Positions 26,770-38,805 of a stretch of 64,000 bases of DNA are shown one piece after another; position 1 is the stretch's first letter; each line of letters starts with the position of its first letter. The translations under genes were made by a program, and so were the position numbers. The stretch spans positions 2,728,001 to 2,792,000 of the forward strand of contig CDPCPM010000005.1 in the NCBI GenBank assembly GCA_976551045.1, read 5' to 3'. The notes beneath the pieces were generated by a model. It saw only the letters and a program-made list of their open reading frames with translations, was not told the DNA's origin and ran no database searches. This DNA is from Glaucostegus cemiculus. Taxonomy: Eukaryota.

Positions 26770-27270
26770 CCCTGTAATTTGATACCATCAATCACCTCTG
26801 TGAGGTCTGCGGCTAATTTCTCTCTCTCTCTCTCTTTCTAAACTCCAATGAGCTTATTCGAGGAGAGCCATATGGTAGCAGCTATGGGCCACATTTGCAA
26901 AAATGTCAGCAGTAACTTCATTTCTAGATTTGACTTCTCCTGGCTTCAAATGAAGGGCAAATTATGAAGGGAAAACTGAAAAGGTGGAAATAATCATAAA
27001 AATGATGCTAGTCCATAAACAAGCTTACAGCCTCATTAGTACAGCAGCAGGCTCCGCTGGGTGATTTATGCTCATTTTTGCTGATGCCATGAGGAAATGC
27101 CATAGGGCAACTTTTGCCAACTGCTAACACTTTCTGACAGCTTCTTAGCAACTAGTGTGAGCTGTGTTGTGGCTTTCGCGAGTGACAGGAACTGAAAATG
27201 TCATATCATCTGCCCGTGTGTCACGGACTCCGTGTGGCAATTAACCAGCAGGCCAGTGAGTTAGGGGGCC
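26770..27270. promoter_or_regulatory. Candidate conserved enhancer (Pbx-Hox + Meis motif cluster)
   Basis: TGATTGATGG on the minus strand at 26785-26794, TGATTTATG at 27062-27070, TGACAG at 27135-27140 and 27183-27188; non-repetitive and CpG-retaining. Conservation not verified. Confidence 0.6.
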
Positions 27271-28317
27271 AGAGGCACTGTTAGATTGCCCCTGGCTATT
27301 TGGGAGGGAGTGGGGAACAAGGGGAGCTAGGGGAGAAGGTACAGCCTGCACACAGGTTATGCAGTCACTCAACACATATGTACTTACTCACCCATCATGT
27401 GAGCATTCCCACTGCTTTACTTCTGATTAGTTTGATCCATTCAAATGATCTGCAACTTCCCATACAATCTCTCTAGGCATTGCATGACATTATCAGATGA
27501 ATTTAGGGTAATCTCTTTTGATATGATTGTTTGAAATGCCACTTTAATTGCTAATACCTGATTCCACATATACTACACATTGCAAGTGGAGGTGCAAACT
27601 GCCTTTGCGCTTATTACAATTTAGTCAAATTACAATTTAAAATCAGTGAAGCCAATGTATTACTGTCTTACAGCTGCAAGCAATGAAAAAATAGGCACAA
27701 CAACCAGGCTTCATTTCAGAACGGCATAAGATCTGTAGCAAGCATTGCAGAGCCAAGGCCCCACTATTCAATTTTCTAGTAACGAAGAGCATGAACTGTA
27801 AGTCAAAACTGTCAAACCTTTCATCACAGCCGCTTGCCCTTTGAAATTTTTTTTTTAGAATTGTTTTTACAGAATTTTATAGGCCATGGTCTGGTGAAAG
27901 AGGCCAGCCAGTAGAGAAAGGAATTTGTACTACAATTCGTCCATGGGCAATTTCTTGTAAGGTCTGGGCCTATCCCCACGGAGGGCAGCAGGTGACCTGT
28001 GGCAGCTCTTAGCCTGTTGCAGTGCTCAGATTTCAAACACCCACTCAGCTCAAACGCTGAACAGTTGTCCATTTAAGCATGCCCAGGCATTTAGGCCGCA
28101 CTCTCTAGTTCCTTTCAAGAAAAGATAAAGCAGCATTTATCGTATTCAGACCATTCAATGGGTCAGAATGGTTATGTCTGCAGGGGTTACCCTTCACACA
28201 GGTCAAGGCACCATTCCCTCCTCCTCTCAAAAATCTAGCCACACTATAAAAATATTTTAGTTGCCTGTTCTTTCATGGCTGCAAGTGTGTTGCGCTACTG
28301 TGTTTTTAACTACCCCT

Positions 28318-28432
28318 GTTTGTGTGTGTGTATGTGTCTGTCTGTCTGTATGTGTGTCTATGTATATGTCTGTCTACGTATGTGTGTGTCTGTCTATGTA
28401 TATGTCTGTGTGTGTCTGCATTTGTGTGTGCT
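28318..28432. repeat. Imperfect (TG/TC/TA) microsatellite
   Basis: tgtgtgtgtgtatgtgtctgtctgtctg..., read directly. Confidence 0.9.
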
Positions 28433-31289
28433 TTCTCCTTATATTTTAGCCTAAGTTGTTTTGTTGGTAGGCTATGAGCTCATGAATAGAAATACTATTC
28501 ATTCAAAATGTAAATGTCTAATTCATTTAATCTTAATTCCCTTTAGGATTTTTTTTTTGTTTGCTCTTTCTTACCAAATTTCTTTGAAAAAAAGGTAATT
28601 ATCTTTTTAATGTATCCACCATCATTTTTTCTAGTAAACAAAAATATGGTCTGTACTCATTCTCTAACAAACAGTTACTTTCACGAACAAAGGTAAAACT
28701 ATTTACTGACTTGAGATCTGATGTTTTCCTGGTTGTTATCCCTGATTACTGAAAATAGCAATGAATTGATGAATAAGCCTGTAAGTAAATTGCAGTAAAC
28801 AATAATGGAAAAGTAATAGTCTGTTTCCTGGATAAATCATATTTAAAAACTCCATAACCATCTACTCTATGATATGGGACAAGTTGAATCTCAACCCAGC
28901 AGAGGCTTTTAGTTATGCCAATTAGAATGAAAGGCAGTGATTCCTTAAGGCTCCTGTCATATGCTTTAGGAGAAAGAACAACCAAATGATGGCCTTGCGA
29001 CAAGGAATATGTGCAATAGTTTCCCCTCTACCTAATGGCTCATTTCGGCCAACACAGCATCTCCTCAGAAGATTGCTACTAATCACCTATGGATAACCTT
29101 TTTAAAAGCATCTGTTATATTCCAACATCACTAGAATTAAACAAACATACTTTGATTGTAACAAATGTCCAAATTTCCTTGTATTTTCTATTTCTTTCCC
29201 AATAAATTGTTAAGATTTTTTGTGTGTATATTTTACACAAGCAAATGGTTAATTGTATCACTCCCGACAAGAAACATAAACATTTCATATAGTGTCAGGA
29301 GAATGACCAAAAATCTGCCAATCACAATCTACTAGCAATGGCTGCTGTTTCACATTGTTTGAGTAACTAAATATAATGGTATTTGCAATAACTTGACTTG
29401 ATTTTTGTATTTTGGGTGTGGTGAGTGCACTAGTTGTGTACATTGGTTCAATAAAAGCTGCTAAAGAATCTCAGATATATACACAAGCCCCTAAACACAC
29501 AGCGTGCCAACTGAAACCACTAATCAGCCAATGTGTCGAAGGCCAGAAGCAGCTTTTGGCAGGATTCACAGCAAACAGTCTGCTTTACAGCAAGCCAAGT
29601 CTATTTGCTCAGCAAATAGAAGCTATTTAAACAGCAGACTAAAGCAAGCAGTCTACAGAATCTATTTTCAAAACACTCTAACTCATAAAGCTCCACTATC
29701 TGACTCAAGCTTGAAAGAATTCCACTCGGTGCGTCATTTTTTAGACAGGTTGGGTACATATTGCAAGAAAACATTGGGGTTCTGGTTAGAATGAGCTATG
29801 CTGGTCCAACTCAGTACTTTATACAGGTCAGGAAGATTTGTTTAGCATGACTCCACATGTGACCCCTGTTCTTTATCAAACACTGATCTGTGTACAGCAC
29901 AGCAAGTCTTTTTCTCTATTTTCCATTGACTCTCTCTGGCTCAGGTTGGCCATGGTCAGGTTGGGTCAGGTTTTAATTATATACCCGAGCAGACCTCTAT
30001 TACAACAGTCAACAGCATCTGGTTAAAGAGCATACTTTGGCAAACATCCATTTATAAAGAGTTTCCACGTCCAATAAAAAAAACTCAGCAAACAAAAGTA
30101 CTGACCAAAAGCACAGCAACATTTCCTGATAAAAGCAAGGTGATTTCTCTAGCAAAATCCAACATCTGCAGGAGAGTCACGGACAAACGGATGAGTAAAA
30201 GTAACCACACTCACTTATATCACCCCCATTCACTGTTGGTGGAAATTGTTGCAGTCCTGAGTAAAATTAGTCCAGAGGAAAAAGTACAGGAGTAGATTTC
30301 AGACCTTCAGGATTTTCTGCTTGAGGAAGAAAAAGTCGGCGGGAATTGGATTCAAGAACAGGGGGACTGGAACTAACTTGATTCAGAGAAGCTGGCCTAA
30401 ACACAAGGATTCCAGTTGCCTCATTCTTGTCAATAACCCTCTGGACACACAAGACAAGTTATGCAGGGCCTCGACCCAAAATGTCAACTATCCCTTTGCC
30501 TCCACAGATGCTGCCTCCAGCAACTTATTATTTGCTAATGATTCTCTGGATCCCCTGATTCAACCTTGAACTCCCAAACCTGGAGTCTGCTGGAGAGCTC
30601 AGTTCAAGCTGGGCTCTGCTGGAGAGCTCAGTCCATACTCATTGGCCAGCGATATGAAATTTGGGCAGGGCAAAGCTCGATAGGAAGAGTGTGGTTCTAG
30701 TGCAATCCCACTTGAATGGTGTACCTGAGTATGGGGAAGAGTGTCTGGCCATATCCATAGTTGTCTCATGTCCAATTTAAGATTAAAGGTCGCAGAAGCA
30801 AAATATTTGTTACCGTTCTCAGCCCTTCGTCTCATTGTGTTCATTTGCGAGAAGACACTTTTGCAGACAGATAACTGCAAATGGACAATGCCACATCCTG
30901 AATTATGTGTCTAAGATTCCAGTTCAGCACACGCTTGGCAATGCACTGAACACACATACTGGAGAGGAGTGTTTAAACTGCTACAAATTTTACTAGCAAT
31001 GTACTGCTCAAGCAGTTCAATGTGTCCCACATGTATTCAACCTAACCTGCTGTGATTTATTGGGGGAGAAAAAGTAACATTAGCACAAAGTTCAAGCCTC
31101 AGCCTGCCAAACAACCCCACTAAAAAACAATCCTTATTTTTAAATTACTAGACTTTCCATCCTGTCCCATGTGAGAGCTGAATGTGATTTTTTTTTCCAG
31201 TGTTAAAATTTTAAAACTTACATCTAGTGGAAAATCTGGAAAAATGTCATAAAGCTTTACCAATTGCATTGACCTATTAGGAAGAATGG

Positions 31290-31530
31290 TGCCTTACCCA
31301 GGTTTTAATTGCTCTGCTACTGGCGGCCATGGCTTCAGCTGCTAAGACTCATAGCTCTGCAATTCCTTCCCTACCCCTCTCCACCTATCAGCCTCTCTCA
31401 TCCCTTATGAAGCTCCTGAAAACAAACCTCCGATCAAAATTTTGATCATCTCCTGTCCAAATGTGACTCAGTGTCAAACTTTGTTTGATAAAGCTCCATT
31501 AAAAGTGTTACATGAATACAAGTTGCTCTT
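31290..31530 (+). mobile_element. L2-like LINE 3' end, degraded
   Basis: tggcggccatggcttcagctgc...aattccttccctac motif shared with the other copies. Confidence 0.55.
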
Positions 31531-32769
31531 GGGATCACTCCATGAGGTAATACAAAACAATCCGACTGACTTTTGCTGTAAAAGAGCAACCAATGATAAA
31601 TTCAACACTTGCTACAAATTTTGGACACTTTCATAATCTTCAAGAATTTGTATTTATCTGTTCTTGAGGTTGCTTTTAATTTGTGCTTGCTAGCATTAAC
31701 AAAGCATGCTACTAAGGGTCTATCATTATTCGCGCAAGTTGCGCTCCTGTTACAAGTGATTGACTTCTGTCAATCTTCAAACCAGAGCTCTAGGACTACA
31801 AGTGCTACTTTAGTTCACAAAGAAGTAAAAGGGGCTCTGCACACATTCTGGTCATTTCTACTGTACTGGAGTACCCCAGGCACAAGTTAGTCTAAAATCT
31901 TTGAGAAACGAAAAGGAGCAGCAGAGTAGATTGGCTTTTATGTTATTGGATGCAAAGGATAGGAGGAGGGAAGAACTGTATATTAAGGCATGGTCTTGTT
32001 GTTAAAACTCAGACTTAGTTTAATAAATAATTTCAGGTAAAGGTTGAATACATCTGGGACATGTTGAGATGGTTAAAAGTACCTTGGTAGTAAAACTGGA
32101 TGGAGTTTAAACACTGTTCTCTAGTATGTGCCTTTAGTACAGCAACTTGGGAATCTTGTGTACAATATAAAGTGAGGCAATTTCCTTTTAGTAAATAGAG
32201 TTCTACCAGTAAGCAATAAATGGTTAGAAATTCATCCCCGGTCAGTAGCGCTAAGCATGCTAAACAGTTGCATGAGTGGCTTCCTGCCTCCAAATTCTAT
32301 TCCATTAGAGTCAATGGAATGAATTTTTGAAATAGAGTACAAAGCACTGTAACAACTACATAGCGTTTTAGGACATTACAGCTAAGAAGAATTTCAAGGC
32401 AATCACTTTCCCGGCAGGGAATTGCCAATGGTGACTTTGATCCTCTGTTCTCTTGCCCGACTCTGGACATGAAGCTCCTGGATCATAGACTTCTGACTCA
32501 ACTTTCCTCTGACAAGTTGGCATCATCTGGTGAATGGTTGGAAATTAAGGGGGCACTGTTGGCACCGAATGTTGCTTGGTTGTATTCCACTCCCTTTGAA
32601 TTCAGTGGAACCAGTTGTCAGATGGGAACCACAAGCAACCCCATTGTCTCAGTGTTAATCCACTTAATTGCTGGGGACAATAGGAATGTGGGGAGAATGG
32701 AGGAGCCGATGCAGTTGCATCAAACCTCCATTCCTTCCTCAGCCCACTGGAATGTGCAGAGCAGTTTAA

Positions 32770-33036
32770 GATCTCTTCATTAGTCACATGTACAGCGAAA
32801 CACACAGTGAAAAGCATCATTGCGTAGAGTGTTCTGGGGGCAGCCTGCAAGTGTCGCCACGCTTCCGGCGCCAGAATAGCACGCCCACAACTTCCTAACC
32901 CGTACGTCTTTGGAATGTGGGAGGAAACCGGAGCACCTGGAGGAAACCCATGCAGACACGGGGAGAACGTACAAACTCCTTACAGACAGTGGCCGGAATG
33001 CGTTGTAATAGCGTTACGCTAACCGCTACACTATCT
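32770..33036 (-). mobile_element. tRNA-derived V-SINE (HE1-like core) with a non-CR1 tail
   Basis: V-domain gtttgtacgttctccccgtgtctgcatgggtttcctccaggtgctccggtttcctcccaca on the minus strand; A-box-like tagtgtagcggttagc; B-box region partly deleted. Confidence 0.88.
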
Positions 33037-33514
33037 TGACTATAAGACAGCAATTAAGGAAGCAATATTGCCACAGCACATCTCCCAACATCGGAACCTG
33101 AGCAGCACTAAGTGTCAAGAATTTTGAGGGTTGCAGATGGGGTTGTGTTGACAAGAGGGGTGGATACAATTTTAAGTCTCAACCTCTGCAGTGCAAATGT
33201 CTGTCTGTGTTTAACTGCAAATTTAAACCATATATATGCTCGACCCCACAGGGGGGCAAGGGCCTGAGGGCAGAAAGCAGGTAGGTGAAGCTTCCTGCCA
33301 TTGCACCAGATAGGAAATTTGGAATTTACGGATCATGAAGGATAAAATACAGTATGGTGCTGACAATCGGTTAACTTGGAGGTGTGTGGAGGACAAACAA
33401 ATCTTTTATTCAAGGGACCACTACTGCAAACCTCAATAGCATGTGGCCAAAGGCATTGTTAACCGAAGAAAACACTCTGCACATGCTGTGTATCATAGAA
33501 AGCACTGTTCACAT

Positions 33515-34375
33515 TCCAAAATTGGGCGAGGAAATGGCAGATGAGATTCAATGTGGAGAAATGTGCAGTTGTACACTTCGGAAGCAGAAATAAATGGGCA
33601 GACTATTATCGATAAGGAGATAAAATTGGAAGTACAGAAGTACAAAGGGACTTGGGGGTACTCGTACAGGATAACCTAAAGGTTAACCACCAGGTTGGAT
33701 CGGCGGTAAGGAAAACGAATGCTATGTTCGCATTCATTTCGAGAGGTATAGTGTATAAAAGCAAGGAAGTGTTGATGAGACTATACGGGGCACTGGTGAG
33801 GCCTCATTTGGAATATCACTTACAGTTTTGGGCCCCATATCTTAGGAAGGATGTACTGACGTTGCAGAGGGTTCAGAAGAGATTCACGAGGATGACTCCT
33901 GGGATGAAAGGGCTTACGTACGATGAGCGTCTGTCGGCACTTGGACTGTGCTCACTGGAGTACAGAAGAATGAGAGGGGACCTGATAAAAACATTTAAAA
34001 TGTTGAAAGGACTGGACAGAGTAGATGTGGCCAAGCTGTTTCCCTTGGTGGGGGAGTCCAGGACCAAAGGGCATAACCTTAGAATTAGAGGGTGCAGGTT
34101 TAAAACAGAGATGAGGAGAAATTTCCTTAGCCAGAGGGTGGTGAATTTATGGAATTCCTTGCCACAGAAAGCAGTGGAGGCCAGATCACTGGAGATATTC
34201 AAGAAGGAGATAGATAGATATCTAATTGGTCAAGGTATCAAGGGATACAGAGATAAGTCAGGAATTTGGGGTTAGAATAAGTGTTTTTTTTTCTTTATCC
34301 CCACCCCACCTTCCCTTTGGAGCAGACTTGATGGGCCAAATGGCCTACTTCTGCTCCCTTGTCTTGTGATCTTGT
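33515..34375 (+). mobile_element. 5'-truncated CR1 LINE (RT C-terminal region plus 3' UTR), relatively intact
   Basis: Open 207-codon frame 33652-34275 'LYGALVRPHLEY..QFWAPYLRKD...SRTKGHNLRIRG...NLWNSLPQ'; tail gatgggccaaatggcctacttctgctccc. Confidence 0.95.
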
Positions 34376-35874
34376 GAAAATTATCATGCACTTTCAATGC
34401 ACTGTAGAATATGCCTCGGACATCATATACACTACAGATCATACCCTGCACATTCGTGTGCTACAGAAGACTACTTGTACATTTTGCACAAAACAGAAGC
34501 CACCTTATACATCATGGGCACTGCAAAAAAAAACCCTGAGCAACATGCCCTGAACTACGGAAGATGTCTTGCAGGTTCTAAAACTGTAGAAAACAACTTG
34601 TATCTTGTGCACCATAGAAAACACTTTGCACTATAGAAACTGCCTTGCACAGTGTGTGCACTACAAACAATACCTTGCATATCTATATGCCATAAAGAAC
34701 TACCTTGCAGCTTTGTGCATAACAGAAAATATCTTGCACACACTGCGCACAGTTTGTAGAAAACACTTTATGCATTCTGTGCACTCTGGTAATTTCTTAT
34801 GCATTCTGTGCAGTTCAGTAAAGTCTTGCACTTCTGTTCACTGCAAAGAGAATGCCTTGCGCACCACAGAAAGCATCAGAAAAGCTCTCCTTACACATTC
34901 CAGATACCATTGGAAATATGGTACTATTCTGCACATGATAGGAAATGCATTACATATTCTGAGCACTACAGAAAATTCTTTGCATATGACAGAAACCACC
35001 TACAACAATGTGCACTACAGATAACACTTTGAATATATTGTGCAGTAAAGAAAATGCCTTGCACATTCTGTGCACTATAGAAAACACCTAACACCTTACA
35101 CACACTAGAAAAAAACCTTGTGATATGTGGTGCAATAAAATGCCATGCACATTTTGTGCACCAAAGAAGCTACCTTGCATTTTCTGTGCACTATAGTAAA
35201 CTTGTTCCACTTGACAGAAACTACCTTGCACATTTTGTACACTACATAAAATGCCTTGCACATTCTTTGCACTGAGAAAAGTGCCCAGCACAATTTCTTT
35301 TCTGCTGAATACGGGCATAGCTTGTGCACTGCAGGAAATGCCTTGCCTAGTCTGTGCACTGCAGAAGACTGTCAAAAGCTATTTTTTTGCACATTATGTG
35401 CACACCTTGCACATCTATGTACTATAGAAAATGCTTTGCACATTCTGTACACTGCATAAAACACCTTACAGATTCTGTTCAAAAGAGAACAGACTTTGCA
35501 CATTATGCACACTTCAGAAAACACCTTGCAGGTTCTGTGCCAAAGGAACAGGGCTTACACATTCTGTCCACTGCAGAAAATACTTAGAACAAGCTGTGCA
35601 CTACAGAAAACACCTTGTATTTTCTGCTCTATAAAAATACACCTTACGCTATGGAAAATGCCTTACATTTTCTGTGAACTACAGAATAACTCTGCACGTT
35701 ATGTGTACTGAAGATATATTCTGTGCATTACAAAAAAAACCTTGCACCATCTGTTCATTACAGAAAATTCTATGCACTTTCAAAGCTCTATGCAAACACT
35801 TCAAATTCATTCTGTGAACTATGGGCAGTGCCGTGTACATGCCATACACAAATTAAAACACCTTATACAATCTG

Positions 35875-36277
35875 GAGATGATGGAATCTAAATGAAAAAC
35901 ACAATGAAGCTAGAGGAACTCAGCAGGCCAGGCAGCATCCGTGGAGGAAAGCAGGCGGTCAATGTTTTGGGTCCAGACTCTTCTTCCAACTGAAGATAGG
36001 AAAAAAGGAAGGTGGTGACTGGAGTGGTGATTACTCTCCCCTCCTCCCCTGCACTTGCCTAACACTATCTCTTACCTGCATCTACCTATCACCACCCTGC
36101 GACCACCCTGCCTCCCCTCTTTTGTCCACCTATCACTGCTCTGCTTTTCCCTCCTATATATTGGGCTTCCCCTTTTCCTATCTTCAGTCCTGAAGAAGGG
36201 TCCTGGCCCGAAACATTGACCGCCTGCTTTTCTCCACGGATGCTGCCTGTCCTGCTGAGTTCCTCCAGCATCATTTT
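35875..36277. mobile_element. Penelope-type element with inverted pseudo-LTRs and a 16-bp target-site duplication
   Basis: Arms ~35900-36010 and ~36170-36275 are reverse complements. CACCTTATACAATCTG occurs at 35859-35874 and at 36278-36293. Confidence 0.88.
36185..36222 (+). ncRNA. Minimal type-I hammerhead ribozyme-like motif of the Penelope pseudo-LTR (probably decayed)
   Basis: CAGTC-CTGAAGA-AGGGTCCTGGCCC-GAAAC-ATT-GACCG: CUGANGA and GAAA core, GGG/CCC stem II, 4/5 stem I, NUH = AUU; stem III mismatched. Confidence 0.6.
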
Positions 36278-36499
36278 CACCTTATACAATCTGTACATTA
36301 CAGAAAGTATCTTGCATATGATGTGGATTATAGAATTTGCCTTGAATATTCACTGCACTTTTGAAAACACTTTACACGTTCTGCTCACTACAGCAAATTT
36401 ATTGCACAGACTGCTTCATGCATTTTGTGCAATACAGAATATGCTTCTCCTTTGTGCATGTTCTTGTGCGTGCTCGTATAAGTCCTGGATTCCTCTCCA

Positions 36500-37010
36500 G
36501 GTCTAAGGCTGTGGTAGGGGGTTTGAGTGGAGAGGTTGTTGGGTAAGAGACCGAGAGAAGACCAAGTATTGTAGCACAGCTTTAGCGAATCAGGTAAGTC
36601 ATCCATGACTGGGGCATTGATGAGACATGTAATCACCTGGTGAGGGCCAGGCTTAAGATTGGGTGTTGAGAGGGTCAGCCTCACAATTCCTTTCATGGAG
36701 ACAGTGCGGCTAGGGGTGGTCCTTGAGTGGCTGAAGATCAGGCCGGAGGTTGCAGGATGGCAAAAGTGGCTTGAAATTGATGGATAGAGTGGGACAGGTG
36801 AGTGATCAATGGAGTTGAGAAGTTCAATCTAAAGGTTACGTGGTGTTAATGGTTGAGTAAGGCCAGGCTTGAGTTTGTTCAGATGATTAGGGGTGCACTC
36901 ATGATTGGTGTCCTGCAAAATTCACAGCTAAGGCTGTCAAACCTATTGCAAGATGCATTCATCAAGGAAGAGTGAGGTGGATCCCCAGCATCGCAGCTTG
37001 GGCTGGGCCC
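36500..37010 (-). mobile_element. Probable ancient LINE (L2-like) internal fragment
   Basis: Purine-rich strand asymmetry and a faint coding-like pattern; family not securely recognised. Confidence 0.3.
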
Positions 37011-38489
37011 ACTCAGTATCTGTTAAATAACGATGAAGGAGGCTTCACAAGCGCAGTGAAGACCAGAACGGTCTATATTGTAGGCTGCACTGTCTGAGGG
37101 GTGCGCATACAACCAAACACACGCAAGAGGCATCTTATTCCTTTGCACAAGTCCATGCTCTAAGATCCTTGTTTTATAATTAAATTGCATTGTGTGGAGC
37201 ACAAAAATGTTATATAGTACAATTTCTATGCCCTTATGCTTCCATGTGTCAACCTTCATTTAACTTCTGTAGTGTACAACTTCCTTCATTTAATTTTTTG
37301 GATGCTTCCCAGATACACTTACAAATTCCCCTAAACCTTCCTGTCACTTTCAGCTGATCGATGCCAGGTAGTACTTGATGTTCCAAATTCATTTGTTTTA
37401 TCATCCATATAGTAATGTTGCAAATTAAAATGGCTTTATTAAGCAACACACTGTGGTAGGTTGCAAATATCTGTGACCCCATTTAGAAGGACAGGAGGAA
37501 GGGAAAAATGATTAGGTTAGAGATACAGATGGAGTTAGAGAAAGGAGGACATGAGGAGGATTGTGTGCTACATTAAACACTGGCATGGGTGAGTTGGGCT
37601 GAATGGCTCATTTCTGTGCTTTAACTACTTTGTCTTACTTGGTATAACAAATGCATATGGAGTAATATCTACCCACACACCAACAACTGCTTCCTATCAT
37701 TAAACACACAGGGAATACTTGGCTGCTGCTTTGTTAGTACGTAAACACATTTTGACCATGTCCGGTGGCTGTAACTTTTCCTGACTTATATTCTTAGATA
37801 AAACAGAAGTTATTTACTTCTTTGTTTCCAAGATATAGAGGATTTCTTTCATTAAGACCTTTTGTGCATTACTGTTGACAAAGATTAAGCTTATGAAAGG
37901 AATCTTCTTAGAAACATCAAAAACAACAGAAACCTTTCTTTGATATTTCGATTTTTTATCGGGTTGAAAACTTTCAGTGGTATTTGGGGTTGCAGAAACT
38001 CCCTCTGCTGTTTCTGTCAAGTTGCCTGGCGGGGGATGAATGAGTTATACAAGCCTCGGCATCTCATCCCTGTGGTCCTGCATATTAAGAGGATAGATTT
38101 CTACTCTGGAGATTGGCTACATGTCATGAAGCTTAAATTCAACCCCTAGTCTACACACTGGTAACACTCTTTAAAGTTAACTGTCTGACCTCTGTAGCCA
38201 GGTAAAAAGAACATTTTTAATCCGGCATCAGAACATGGGTGGGTAACTGGCAGGATCAGTTCTAACATTAGTTTACATCCTGCCTCAGTTTACACCAACA
38301 GCAACTTGCATTTATGTAATGCCTTAAACCTGGTAAAAGATCCCCGTGCTCTTCAGGAGGGCTCCCACTGATGTCAATGGAAATTATTACTGAGGGCATA
38401 AAACCAGCATTGTACTAGAGTTCATGGGATTCCCACTCATTTTATCCAACCTGTAAAAGAAATGCTGCATCATTAAGTCTATAAAAGAA

Positions 38490-38805
38490 CAGTCTTGAAT
38501 TGATATAGTGCCCTTCACATCCCTTTCAGAATGCTTCAAAATTCTTTAGAGGAAATGAAGAACATCAGAAGCACAGTTATTGCTGTTGTGTAGGAAACAT
38601 GATAACCAGCTTGCACTAAGTAAGATCCCACACTCAGCAATATGCTAATGACTAGATGATCTGTTGTAGTGATGCGAGCTGAGGGAATGTACTGGTGAGG
38701 ACACATGGAAGAACTCCTTTGCTTTACTACCAAATAGTAGCATGGATCTATTACCTTCAGATGATCAGCTAACGGCGTCTTGATTTAACACCTCATCCAA
38801 AAGAC
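38490..38805 (-). mobile_element. SacSINE1-like DeuSINE fragment
   Basis: The reverse strand reads ttttggatgaggtgttaaatcaag...gatccatgctactatttgg...acagatcatctagtcattagcatattgctgagtgtgggatctt. Confidence 0.7.

Larger units (their letters stand above)
33460..36460. repeat. Degenerate ~30-bp minisatellite (unit ~TTGCACATTCTGTGCACTATAGAAAACACC), interrupted by CR1 and Penelope-type insertions
   Basis: Clean unit at 35059-35088. About 50 diverged units in 34380-35858, with further units at 33460-33515 and 36278-36460. Confidence 0.9.

Noticed and set aside
27972-27990. CTCF site (ccccacggagggcagc)
   Set aside because: Several mismatches to the core consensus; not supportable without a PWM score or ChIP data.
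33652-34275. 207-aa ORF as a host gene or active retrotransposon
   Set aside because: It is the C-terminal part of CR1 ORF2 in a 5'-truncated copy, with a TTG pseudo-start and stops upstream.
34380-35858. CRISPR-like array or repetitive protein gene (Cys/His-rich ORFs on both strands)
   Set aside because: Units are contiguous diverged tandem copies with no unique spacers and no cas genes. The ORFs result from a 30-bp period, and frames are broken repeatedly.
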